From: Acidobacteriota bacterium
GTDB taxonomy: Bacteria > Acidobacteriota > Thermoanaerobaculia > UBA5066 > Gp7-AA6
Direction of reading: 5' to 3'
Assembly (NCBI GenBank): GCA_038327245.1
Contig: JBBQKV010000001.1
Span: 1 to 56,445 of the forward strand
DNA: 56,445 nucleotides
Position 1 is the first letter of the stretch; each line of letters opens with the position of its first letter. The position numbers and the translations under genes are program-made. Positions 35,708 to 43,078 of the stretch are shown here, one piece after another. The notes beneath the pieces were generated by a model. That model did no database searches, had not been told where the DNA came from, and saw only the letters and a list, made by a program, of their open reading frames with translations.

Positions 35708-36281
35708 TTTGCTTTCGAGACCAGTACGATTCCATGCTCTCGCGGAGTTTCATCACGCCGAGCCGGATCCGCGTCTTGACGGTTCCGAGCGGGGCCGCGG
35801 TCCGGTCGGCGATCTCCGAGTGGGTGAGCCCGCCGAAGTAAGCAAGCTCCAGCGCCAGACGCTGCTCCGCGGGCAGCGCACCGATCGCCGAACGGCACTG
35901 GGTCTCCCACTCCCGGGCCGCGGAGCTCGCTTCGACGTCATCGGTCGCCGCAATTCCGGCCATCGGATCCGGGCCGTCCGGATCGCGCATCGCTGTCGGC
36001 TTTCTCGACCTCAGCCGGTCGATCGAACGGCTCCGGGTCGCCACGATCAGCCAGGCAAGGACGCTGCCGCGCGACGGGTCGAAGGACGAAGCTGCTCTCC
36101 ACGCGTGGAGAAAGACCTCCTGGATCACCTCTTCTGCCTCGCCCGTCCCGCCGAGGATTCTGTGCGCCAGTCCCAGGAGCCGCGCCGAATGGCGGTCGTA
36201 GAGGCAGGCCAGGGCGTCGGCGTCGCGGTTCTCGACCGCGGCCATCAGCACACGATCGGTTTCTGAGGTAAACGAAGTCAT
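35700..36281 (-). CDS. ECF-type sigma-70 family sigma factor
   Basis: Region 2 (EEVIQEVFLHAWR) and region 4 (LELAYFGGLTHSEIADRTAAPLGTVKTRIRLG). Start at ATG 36281; an in-frame start at 36305 is also possible. Confidence 0.85.
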   Translation of the reverse strand: MTSFTSETDRVLMAAVENRDADALACLYDRHSARLLGLAHRILGGTGEAEEVIQEVFLHAWRAASSFDPSRGSVLAWLIVATRSRSIDRLRSRKPTAMRDPDGPDPMAGIAATDDVEASSAAREWETQCRSAIGALPAEQRLALELAYFGGLTHSEIADRTAAPLGTVKTRIRLGVMKLRESMESYWSRKQNA

Positions 36282-36475
36282 CGGGTCTTCAGAAAGAGGC
36301 CACAAAAGAATATCCCAGCCGAACGGGACTTGAATCCAAGCGAGCAGCCCGCGGCGTATCGAAGTGGAACCAGATGTGGACCAGGTCTTGCACTTCGACG
36401 CCGGATGCCCGTCTATGGACGAGCGGTGAGAATCCTTCCCACCCGCAAGCCATCAGACTTAAGAAGGAGGATTTC

Positions 36476-37945
36476 GTGAAACTCTCTCGTCACGGGGGAA
36501 GAGTGTGGCTGGCAGCCCTCGCCCTCGCCCTGTTTACCCTGGTGCTCCCGGGAATCGCGATGGCGTCGAGCCACCGCGAGGCGCCCCTGATCAGCGGCGA
36601 TCCGGAGGCCGACAACACCGACACGTACTTCTTCCTGGATCCGAACGAGGGCGGGCGCGTCATCCTGCTCGGCAACTGGATCCCGCTGGAGGAGCCCGCC
36701 GGGGGACCGAACTTCTCCCACTTCGGGGAGAAGATCCGGTACGAGTTCAACATCGACTCGGACGGCGACGCCGTCGAAGACGTCGTCTACCGGATCCAGT
36801 TCACGCGGCACGTGCGCAACCCGGACTCGTTCCTCCAGAACACGGGCCCGGTGATGTCTCCCGACGATACCAACCAGAACGTCTACTACACCTACAAGGT
36901 GGAAAAGATCGTGGGCCCGTCGCCCGACCAGGGCGCCGGCGCCAAAGTCGAGCTCGGAAACGACCTGCTCGAGGCGCCGAACAACGTCGGTCCGAAGAGC
37001 TTCCCCAACGGATACGGGAAGGGCTCGCGCATCGCCGAGACCGTGTACACGATCGACCAGGACACGAAGGTCTACGCCGGCCCGCGCGCCGACGGCTTCT
37101 ATGCCGACCTCGGGATGATTTTCGACCTGATCAACTACCGCCCGGGCACACTCCCCGGCAACATGGGCGGGGGCAGGAACGACCTCGCCGGCTTCAACAC
37201 CCACACGATCGCCCTGTCCGTGCCGGTCTATCAGCTCACCAAGAACCACACGGTTCCGACTAACGCGTCCGACCCCAACGCAATCATCAGCATGTGGTCG
37301 TCCACCTGGCGGTTGAAGACGCGGGTTCTGTCCGAAGACGGCGACAAGCCCACGGAGTCGGGCGACTGGGTGCAGGTCTCGCGCCTCGCGGTTCCCCTCG
37401 TCAACGAGGTCGTGATCCCGCTCGGCAAGAAGGACCTCTTCAACGCCTCCTATCCGAAGGATGACGCGCAGTTCGCGCCGTCTGTGCTGGACCCGGAGGT
37501 TCCGAAGCTTCTGAAGGCCCTCTTCAACATCGATTCCCCCCCCGCGCCCCGTAACGACCTCCTCGCCGTCGTCCTCGGCGTCGACGGCCTGACGCGGCGA
37601 CCGGGCGAAGTCGTGTCCGACCAGCTCCGGTTGAACGTCGCGGTGTTCCCGACCCCCCCCTCGCTCGCCAACCGCATGGGCGTGCTCGGCGGGGACCTGG
37701 CGGGCTTCCCGAACGGACGTCGCCCCTACGACGACGTCGTCGACATCGACCTCCAGATTCTGGCGGGCGTTCTGGTGCCCTCGTTCAATCACTCGCCCAA
37801 CAACGCGCTCGGAGACGGAGTCGACGGGCCGGACAAGGCGTACAACCCGGCGTTTCCGTATCTGGCAACTCCGCACTCCGGCTACTCGCACAGCCACGAC
37901 AACGCGCCGCAGGTCACTCACTTCGGCGCGGAGTCCGATCAGTAG
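36476..37945 (+). CDS. DUF4331-family secreted protein (paralog 2)
   Basis: GTG 36476 after AAGGAGGA. Signal peptide followed by ASSHREAPLISGDP, plus DSDGDAVED. Confidence 0.8.
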   Translation: MKLSRHGGRVWLAALALALFTLVLPGIAMASSHREAPLISGDPEADNTDTYFFLDPNEGGRVILLGNWIPLEEPAGGPNFSHFGEKIRYEFNIDSDGDAVEDVVYRIQFTRHVRNPDSFLQNTGPVMSPDDTNQNVYYTYKVEKIVGPSPDQGAGAKVELGNDLLEAPNNVGPKSFPNGYGKGSRIAETVYTIDQDTKVYAGPRADGFYADLGMIFDLINYRPGTLPGNMGGGRNDLAGFNTHTIALSVPVYQLTKNHTVPTNASDPNAIISMWSSTWRLKTRVLSEDGDKPTESGDWVQVSRLAVPLVNEVVIPLGKKDLFNASYPKDDAQFAPSVLDPEVPKLLKALFNIDSPPAPRNDLLAVVLGVDGLTRRPGEVVSDQLRLNVAVFPTPPSLANRMGVLGGDLAGFPNGRRPYDDVVDIDLQILAGVLVPSFNHSPNNALGDGVDGPDKAYNPAFPYLATPHSGYSHSHDNAPQVTHFGAESDQ

Positions 37946-37965
37946 GCGCTCTCGAATCCCCCTTC

Positions 37966-37999
37966 CCCCGGTCCGGCCACAGCCGGGCCGGGGTTTTTT
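37966..37999 (+). terminator. Rho-independent terminator after DUF4331 paralog 2
   Basis: ccccggtccggc-caca-gccgggccgggg followed by TTTTTT. Confidence 0.85.
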
Positions 38000-38006
38000 C
38001 ATTAAT

Positions 38007-38066
38007 GGGGACAGATTTATTTAAGTCGGGACTTCCACAGGGAGACGGATTTATTAATCTGTCCCC
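38007..38066. promoter_or_regulatory. AT-rich inverted repeat (candidate operator or leader structure) upstream of the ferritin-like gene
   Basis: GGGGACAGATT (38007-38017) and AATCTGTCCCC (38056-38066) are perfect 11-bp inverted repeats. Internal direct repeat GACAGATTTATTTAA / GACGGATTTATTAAT. This is the lowest-GC patch in the window. Confidence 0.4.
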
Positions 38067-38082
38067 AAAGAGAGGTGAAATC

Positions 38083-38640
38083 GTGACGACAGACCCCCGC
38101 CGCCGTGACTTCTTCGGCGCCGCCGCCCGGACCGGTCTCGCCCTCGGCCTCGCGGCCGCCGGCCAGCCGCTCATCGCCATATCCCGCGGCACCAAACCCG
38201 CGCCCGGCGAAGACGTCACGCTCCTGAACACCGCGCTCGCCCTGGAGCACGAAGCGATCTGGGCGTACGGTCTGGCGGGAAAGAGCGGCCTGCTCTCCGA
38301 AAAGACGAAGGAGGTCGGCCTCCTCTTCCAGGGCAGCCACGAGATCCATCGCGACCTGATCGTCGACGCGGTCCGCCGCAAGGGCGGAAGCCCGGTCGAG
38401 CCCAAAAAGGAGTACGACTTCGGCGTCCCTCTCGCCAGCGAGAAGGACGTCCTGGAGCTCGCGTTCAAGCTCGAGGTGGGCGCGGCGCGCGCCTACCTGA
38501 CGGTCGTCGACAAGTTCAAAGACCGGGCGCTCGCCGCGTCGGCGGGTCGGATCCTCTCCGACGAGGTATTGCACGCGACGGTGCTGCGGAGCGTGCTCGG
38601 TCGAGACGTCGTCCCGACTTTCCGCCTCATCGAGAACTGA
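38083..38640 (+). CDS. Tat-exported ferritin-like domain protein
   Basis: GTG 38083 (VTTDPRRRDFFGAAARTGLALGLAAAG, twin-arginine motif). Four-helix ferritin-like pattern ALEHEAIWAY...GSHEIHRD...LEVGAARAY...DEVLHATVL. Confidence 0.75.
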   Translation: MTTDPRRRDFFGAAARTGLALGLAAAGQPLIAISRGTKPAPGEDVTLLNTALALEHEAIWAYGLAGKSGLLSEKTKEVGLLFQGSHEIHRDLIVDAVRRKGGSPVEPKKEYDFGVPLASEKDVLELAFKLEVGAARAYLTVVDKFKDRALAASAGRILSDEVLHATVLRSVLGRDVVPTFRLIEN

Positions 38641-38662
38641 CAGGGCGCGGAGCCGCGCACCC

Positions 38663-38765
38663 TGTCATCCCGAGCCCTTCGCGATGTCATCCTGAGCAGC
38701 AGCGACGGATCTCTCCCTCGATAGCCGTGGCGTCCGGCTCAGGACAGGCTCCGCGAAGGATCTCT
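38663..38765. repeat. REP-like composite element (TGTCATCCYGAGC / CGAMGGATCTC modules, direct and inverted)
   Basis: tgtcatcccgagc (38663), tgtcatcctgagc-agc-agcgacggatctc (38685-38712), inverted ggctcaggaca (38737), gcgaaggatctc (38753). Lies between convergent genes. Confidence 0.7.
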
Positions 38766-39646
38766 TACTCGACTCGCGGGAGGCTGGCTAAAAACTCTTT
38801 CGCGACGTCCTCCGGACGGCGCTTGTCCTTGTCGACCGCGGCGTTCATCTTCCTCATTGCCACCGCGTCGATCCGGCCGGCGAGCGACTCCAGGAATCTC
38901 CGCACCGCCGGGCGATTCCAGATTTCCCCGCGCACGACGAAGGCCGCCTCGTATGGTGGGAAATAGTGGCGGTCGTCCTCGAGCACGACTCCGCTGATGG
39001 CGTCGATCAGTCCGTCGGTGGAATTGCCCGCGACGAGATCGGTCTTCCGGCTCTGGAGCGCGGTGTAGAGAAGCCCGAGATCCATCTGCGCGGGCCGCTC
39101 CCGGAAGTTCAACCCGTACGTCTTCGCGAGCCCCGGGAAACCGTCCTCGCGCTCGAGGAACTCGTAGCCGAAGCCCGGCCGGATCTCCGGATGAGCCGCG
39201 AGGTCCGAAATCTTCCGGATTCCGAGCCGCGCCGCCTCGTCGGCCCGCATCACGAGAGCGAACGTGTTCTCGAATCCGAGCGGAGGCGACCAGATCAGCT
39301 TCCAGCGCTGGAGGTACTCCCGCCGCACCTCGTCGAAGACGCGCCGCGGGTCGGGGACCGGCTTTCGTTCAAGGATTGCGGTGAAGGCGGTGCCGGTGTA
39401 CTCCGGATAGAGGTCGAGCTCCCCGGCCTTCATCGCCTGGTGGCAGATGAACGTCCCGCCGAGGTTGAGGCGCCGGTCCACCCGAACTCCGCGTGCCTCG
39501 AGTCCCTGGGCGGCGATCTCGCCCAGGATGACCTGCTCCGAGAAGTTCTTCGACCCGATGCGGAGCGGCCGGTCGCCTCCTTCGCGACACGCGCTCGCGA
39601 GGAACAGCAGTGCAGCGAGAGCTCCGAGTCCCTTCACGCTCTTCAC
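38765..39646 (-). CDS. Glycine-betaine/choline-type ABC transporter substrate-binding lipoprotein
   Basis: Candidate GTG 39646 or 39637. Lipobox LFLASAC. OpuBC-like motifs GSKNFSEQVILGEI and LDLYPEYTGTAF. Confidence 0.8.
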   Translation of the reverse strand: MKSVKGLGALAALLFLASACREGGDRPLRIGSKNFSEQVILGEIAAQGLEARGVRVDRRLNLGGTFICHQAMKAGELDLYPEYTGTAFTAILERKPVPDPRRVFDEVRREYLQRWKLIWSPPLGFENTFALVMRADEAARLGIRKISDLAAHPEIRPGFGYEFLEREDGFPGLAKTYGLNFRERPAQMDLGLLYTALQSRKTDLVAGNSTDGLIDAISGVVLEDDRHYFPPYEAAFVVRGEIWNRPAVRRFLESLAGRIDAVAMRKMNAAVDKDKRRPEDVAKEFLASLPRVE

Positions 39647-39684
39647 CCCCTTCCGGGCAAAATCGCCCTGGCGGTACTGTGCAA

Positions 39685-39768
39685 CCTGGCCCCGATGTGG
39701 CAAGTGGAGACCTGACCCTCCATGTGACGCCTGGCCCCCAATGTGGCAAGTGGAGACCTGACCCCCCC
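39685..39768. repeat. Two direct copies (46-nt period) of CCTGGCCCC-N-ATGTGGCAAGTGGAGACCTGACCC
   Basis: Copies at 39685-39718 and 39731-39768, filling the permease-to-SBP intergenic gap. The same core recurs at 46484-46535. Confidence 0.9.
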
Positions 39769-39770
39769 TC

Positions 39771-40403
39771 TCACGGCTGGAGCCGCCGTTCGATCCAGCC
39801 CAGCAGCCCGTCCGCGCCGAGGGCGAGCAGAGCCGCCGGCACCGCGCCCGCGAGAATCAGCCGGTGGTCCACGATCGCGACTCCCCGATAGATGAGAACG
39901 CCCAGCCCTCCGGCGCCGATCGCCGCCGCAATCGTGGCGAGCCCGATCGAGACGACGGTCGCGATGCGCACGCCCGCCAGAACGACCGGCAGCGCGAGCG
40001 GCAGCTCCACGAGGGCGAGGCGCTGCCGCGGTGTCATCCCGAGACCGGTCGCCGACTCGACGACCGCGGGGTCTACCGACGAAATCCCGGCGTACGTGTT
40101 TCGAAGGATGGGGAGGAGCGCGTAGACGACGAGCGCCGCGATCGCGGTCCGAGCGCCGATGCCTCCGATGAACGGCAGCGGGATCAGGAAGCCGAAGAGC
40201 GCCAGGCTGGGGATCGTCTGCACGACGTTCGCGAATCCGAGCACCGGGCGCGCCAGCCGGGGACGCCGGGTGAGCGCCACCCCCAGCGGGACGCCGACCG
40301 CCACGGCGAGCGCGGTCGAGAGGAAAACGAGCACGATGTGCTCGCCGGTCAGCGCGGCGATCTCCGCGCGCCGCTCCCAGAAGTACGAGGCGAACGCGCT
40401 CAC
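39771..40403 (-). CDS. ABC transporter permease (OpuBB-like)
   Basis: Last 210 aa of track ORF 39771..41747. GTG 40403 overlaps the ATPase stop (GTGA). About 5 TM segments and an EAA-like loop, ESATGLGMTPRQRLALVELPLALP. Confidence 0.85.
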   Translation of the reverse strand: MSAFASYFWERRAEIAALTGEHIVLVFLSTALAVAVGVPLGVALTRRPRLARPVLGFANVVQTIPSLALFGFLIPLPFIGGIGARTAIAALVVYALLPILRNTYAGISSVDPAVVESATGLGMTPRQRLALVELPLALPVVLAGVRIATVVSIGLATIAAAIGAGGLGVLIYRGVAIVDHRLILAGAVPAALLALGADGLLGWIERRLQP

Positions 40404-41140
40404 GGCGCGGCTCCCGCCGGCACTTCGTCCGAGACGAACTCGCGCACGAAGTCGTCCGCCGGGGATTCGAGGATCTCCCGCGCCGTACCGACCTGGCGCG
40501 CGCGTCCCCGGTCGAGGATCGCGACCCGGTCTCCCAGCCGGAAGGCCTCGCGCAGGTCGTGCGTCACCAGCAGCACGGCCTTGCCGAGACGGCGCTTCCA
40601 GTCGAGGAATTCCCGCTGCATCGAGCGCCGGGCGATCGGGTCGAGCGCGCCGAACGGCTCGTCCATCAGAAGCAGCGGCGGATCGGCGGCGAGCGCCCGC
40701 GCCACGCCGACCCGCTGCCGCTGCCCGCCCGAGAGCTGGCGGGGGCGGCGTTCGGCGAACTCGGACGCCGGGAGGCCGACGAGCTCGAGCAGCTCGTCCG
40801 AGCGCGAGCGCCGCGCGCTCTCCTTCCACCGGAGCAACCGGGGAAGCGCTTCGACGTTCTGGCGGACGGTCCAGTGAGGAAAGAGCCCGGCCTCCTGGAT
40901 TACGTAGCCGAGCCGGCGCCGGAGCGCGATCGGATCTTCGGCTCGCACGTCGCGGCCGAAGACGAGCACCTCCCCCGCGTCGTGATCGAGCAGCCGGTTC
41001 ACGAGCTTCAGGGCAGTCGTCTTCCCGCAGCCCGACGGACCGACGAGCGCGAGCGTCTCCCCCGCTCCGAGCGCGAACGAAAGACCATCGAGAACGGGGC
41101 GGCCGCCTCCGAACGATTTTCGGACGTCCCGGAACTCGAT
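40400..41140 (-). CDS. ABC transporter ATP-binding protein (OpuBA-like); start codon non-canonical or unknown
   Basis: Walker A GPSGCGKTT, signature LSGGQRQRVGVARAL, Walker B LLLMDEPFGALD, H-loop VTHD. The frame is open back to a TAA at 41188-41190 but holds no ATG, GTG or TTG before codon GTG 41002, which lies after Walker A. The 5' end is provisionally placed at ATC 41140 (IEFRDVRKSF). Confidence 0.7.
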   Translation of the reverse strand: MEFRDVRKSFGGGRPVLDGLSFALGAGETLALVGPSGCGKTTALKLVNRLLDHDAGEVLVFGRDVRAEDPIALRRRLGYVIQEAGLFPHWTVRQNVEALPRLLRWKESARRSRSDELLELVGLPASEFAERRPRQLSGGQRQRVGVARALAADPPLLLMDEPFGALDPIARRSMQREFLDWKRRLGKAVLLVTHDLREAFRLGDRVAILDRGRARQVGTAREILESPADDFVREFVSDEVPAGAAP

Positions 41141-41174
41141 GACGGGAGCCGGAGCGGATGAGAGAATCGAGGCG

Positions 41175-42479
41175 ATGACGGAATCTTACGACGCGGTCGT
41201 GATCGGCGGCGGGCCTGGAGGCTCCACCGTGGGGACCTTCCTCGCCCGCGCCGGCCGGAAGGTCCTGGTTCTCGAGCGGGAGAAGTTTCCGCGCTTTCAC
41301 GTGGGTGAGTCGCTCCTGCCCTTCAACCTTCCGATCTTCGAGCGGCTGGGTGTTGGCGAGAAGGTCCGCGCCGCCGGCTTCCAGAAGAAAGGCGGCGCTT
41401 ACTTCTGGAACGAGGAAACGGGTGGAATCCGGCCGGTGGACTTCTCCCGCGGCATCGACGACCGGCACCCGTCGGCCTACCACGTCAAGCGCGCGGAGTT
41501 CGACGACCTCCTCCTGCGGCACGCCGAGGAGTCCGGAGCGCAGGTTCGGGAGGAAACGACGGTTTCGCGGGTCCTCTTCGAGGGCTCCAAGGCGGTCGGC
41601 GTGGTCGCCACGACCCACGGCGGAGCCGAGAAGGAGATCCGCGCGAGAGTGGTCGTCGACGCGTCCGGCCAGGACGCCTTCCTGTCGCGCCAGCTCGGCA
41701 CCCGGCGTTTCGACAAGCAGCTCAAGAGAGCGGCCCTCTTCGCCCACTACGAGGGGATCCGCTGGCCCGAAGGCCCGCGTCCCGGGGACGTCCTGCTGCC
41801 GACGGAACGCGGGGTCTGGTACTGGATCATCCCTTTCTCCGACGGCACGTCGAGCGTCGGCGCGGTCTTCGAGCCGGCGCTGGCGCAGAGGGAGGCGGGG
41901 GGAAAGACTTCGCTCGACGACCGCTTCGACTGGCTGATGGGGCGCTCCGCGCGCATGACCGAGTTCCTGTCGGGATCGCGCCGCACGAGCCGCGTGTTCG
42001 GGATCTCCGACTACTCGACGTCCGCGGCGCGCTCGAGCGGGGACGGGTGGGTGCTGGTAGGGGACGCGGCCACGTTCCTGGATCCGGTGTTCTCGACCGG
42101 CGTTTTTCTCGCCATGGCGATGGGAGAGCGTGCGTCGGGGCTGATCGATCGCGCGCTCCGGAAGCCGGGCCCGGTTCGCGCTTCCGATTTCGCGTCCTAC
42201 GGACGGGAGACGAATCGCCTGGTCGCCCGCTTCCGCCGGTTCGTCTATGCCTTCTACGATCCCGTTTTCTTCGAGGCGTTCTGCTCGACGGATCCCTTCG
42301 ACCCGATGCGCGCAGCGATCACGACGATCCTCTCGGGCGGAGTCGAGAAAGTCTCGCTCATGTCCCGGATCTGGATCGAGCTCGTCTTTCTGGGGATCGG
42401 GTTCGACCGGTTCCGGAGGCGCCTCGGCCTGGGACCGCGGGTGGAAAGCGAAACCGGAGCCGAAGAAGCGTCGGCCTGA
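41175..42479 (+). CDS. FAD-dependent oxidoreductase with flavin-halogenase-type motifs
   Basis: ATG 41175: MTESYDAVVIGGGPGGST (GxGxxG), FHVGESLLP, GVWYWIIPF (WxWxIP), GDAATFLDPVFSTG. Confidence 0.8.
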   Translation: MTESYDAVVIGGGPGGSTVGTFLARAGRKVLVLEREKFPRFHVGESLLPFNLPIFERLGVGEKVRAAGFQKKGGAYFWNEETGGIRPVDFSRGIDDRHPSAYHVKRAEFDDLLLRHAEESGAQVREETTVSRVLFEGSKAVGVVATTHGGAEKEIRARVVVDASGQDAFLSRQLGTRRFDKQLKRAALFAHYEGIRWPEGPRPGDVLLPTERGVWYWIIPFSDGTSSVGAVFEPALAQREAGGKTSLDDRFDWLMGRSARMTEFLSGSRRTSRVFGISDYSTSAARSSGDGWVLVGDAATFLDPVFSTGVFLAMAMGERASGLIDRALRKPGPVRASDFASYGRETNRLVARFRRFVYAFYDPVFFEAFCSTDPFDPMRAAITTILSGGVEKVSLMSRIWIELVFLGIGFDRFRRRLGLGPRVESETGAEEASA

Positions 42480-42491
42480 CCTTCGCCGCCT

Positions 42492-43049
42492 CTACGTTCC
42501 GAGCAGCGCCGCTTTCAGATCTTCCTGGACCGGGTTCGCCCCGAGCCACACCGAAAACAGCGCGTCGGCGAAGTCCTTCCCCTCGATCACGCCCTTCTCC
42601 ACGTTTTTCGCGGAGACGACGGTTCCCTTTCCCGGCACGTAGGTCAGGAGGATCTGGTCCCCCTTTTCGACGTTCGGGATCATTGCGTTCAGCCGGCCCA
42701 GCCGGGACTTCAACGCCGCCATCTGCGCCCGGGAGTTCTTTTCGAATCCCTCGTTGATCGCCTCGTTGATCTGGGCGGTCGAAAGCGAGCGCAGCACCGA
42801 AAGCTGCATCCGCTTGATCTGGTCGGAAGAAATCACGGCCGCGGCGTCCCGGGTCGGCGTCTCCAGGTAGAGGCCGGCGACGTAGACCTTGAACACGACT
42901 TTCTTGCGGAGGCCGCTTCCGTTCAGCTTGAGCGTTTTCCCCTCGACGGTCGTGGTCTCGGGCAGCGAGACGCCGGCGACCTCTTTCGCCGAAACCGGAA
43001 TTGCCAGCGCGAGCAGGAGTGCAGGAGCCAGGAAAGCGTTCTTTTTCAT
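42492..43049 (-). CDS. Secreted chalcone-isomerase-like fold protein
   Basis: Signal peptide MKKNAFLAPALLLALAIPVSA. LNGSGLRKKVVFKVYVAGLYLE and FADALFSVWLG are typical of the CHI-like family as I recall it. Confidence 0.65.
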   Translation of the reverse strand: MKKNAFLAPALLLALAIPVSAKEVAGVSLPETTTVEGKTLKLNGSGLRKKVVFKVYVAGLYLETPTRDAAAVISSDQIKRMQLSVLRSLSTAQINEAINEGFEKNSRAQMAALKSRLGRLNAMIPNVEKGDQILLTYVPGKGTVVSAKNVEKGVIEGKDFADALFSVWLGANPVQEDLKAALLGT

Positions 43050-43078
43050 TCCAGAAGTCTATCTCCGGGGACCTTCCT

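Noticed and set aside
36366-36400. GGAAC as a possible ECF -35 box in the sigma/DUF4331 divergent region
   Set aside because: No CGT-type -10 element lies at the expected 16-17-nt spacing, so a promoter call is not supportable by eye.
36413-38002. 529-aa minus-strand ORF antisense to DUF4331 paralog 2
   Set aside because: Shadow ORF with no motifs. The plus frame has an RBS, a signal peptide and the SSHREAP motif.
39685-39768. Possible mini-CRISPR array (also considered for 46484-46535)
   Set aside because: There are only two direct copies per locus, with 0-20 nt between cores. There are no spacer-sized unique segments, no leader and no cas genes in the window. It behaves like a REP- or MITE-type repeat instead.
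39771-41747. 658-aa minus-strand ORF spanning the permease, the ATPase and the antisense of the halogenase-like gene
   Set aside because: Only the C-terminal 210 aa (from GTG 40403) are permease-like. The rest is an out-of-frame read-through of the ATPase gene and antisense of 41175..42479.
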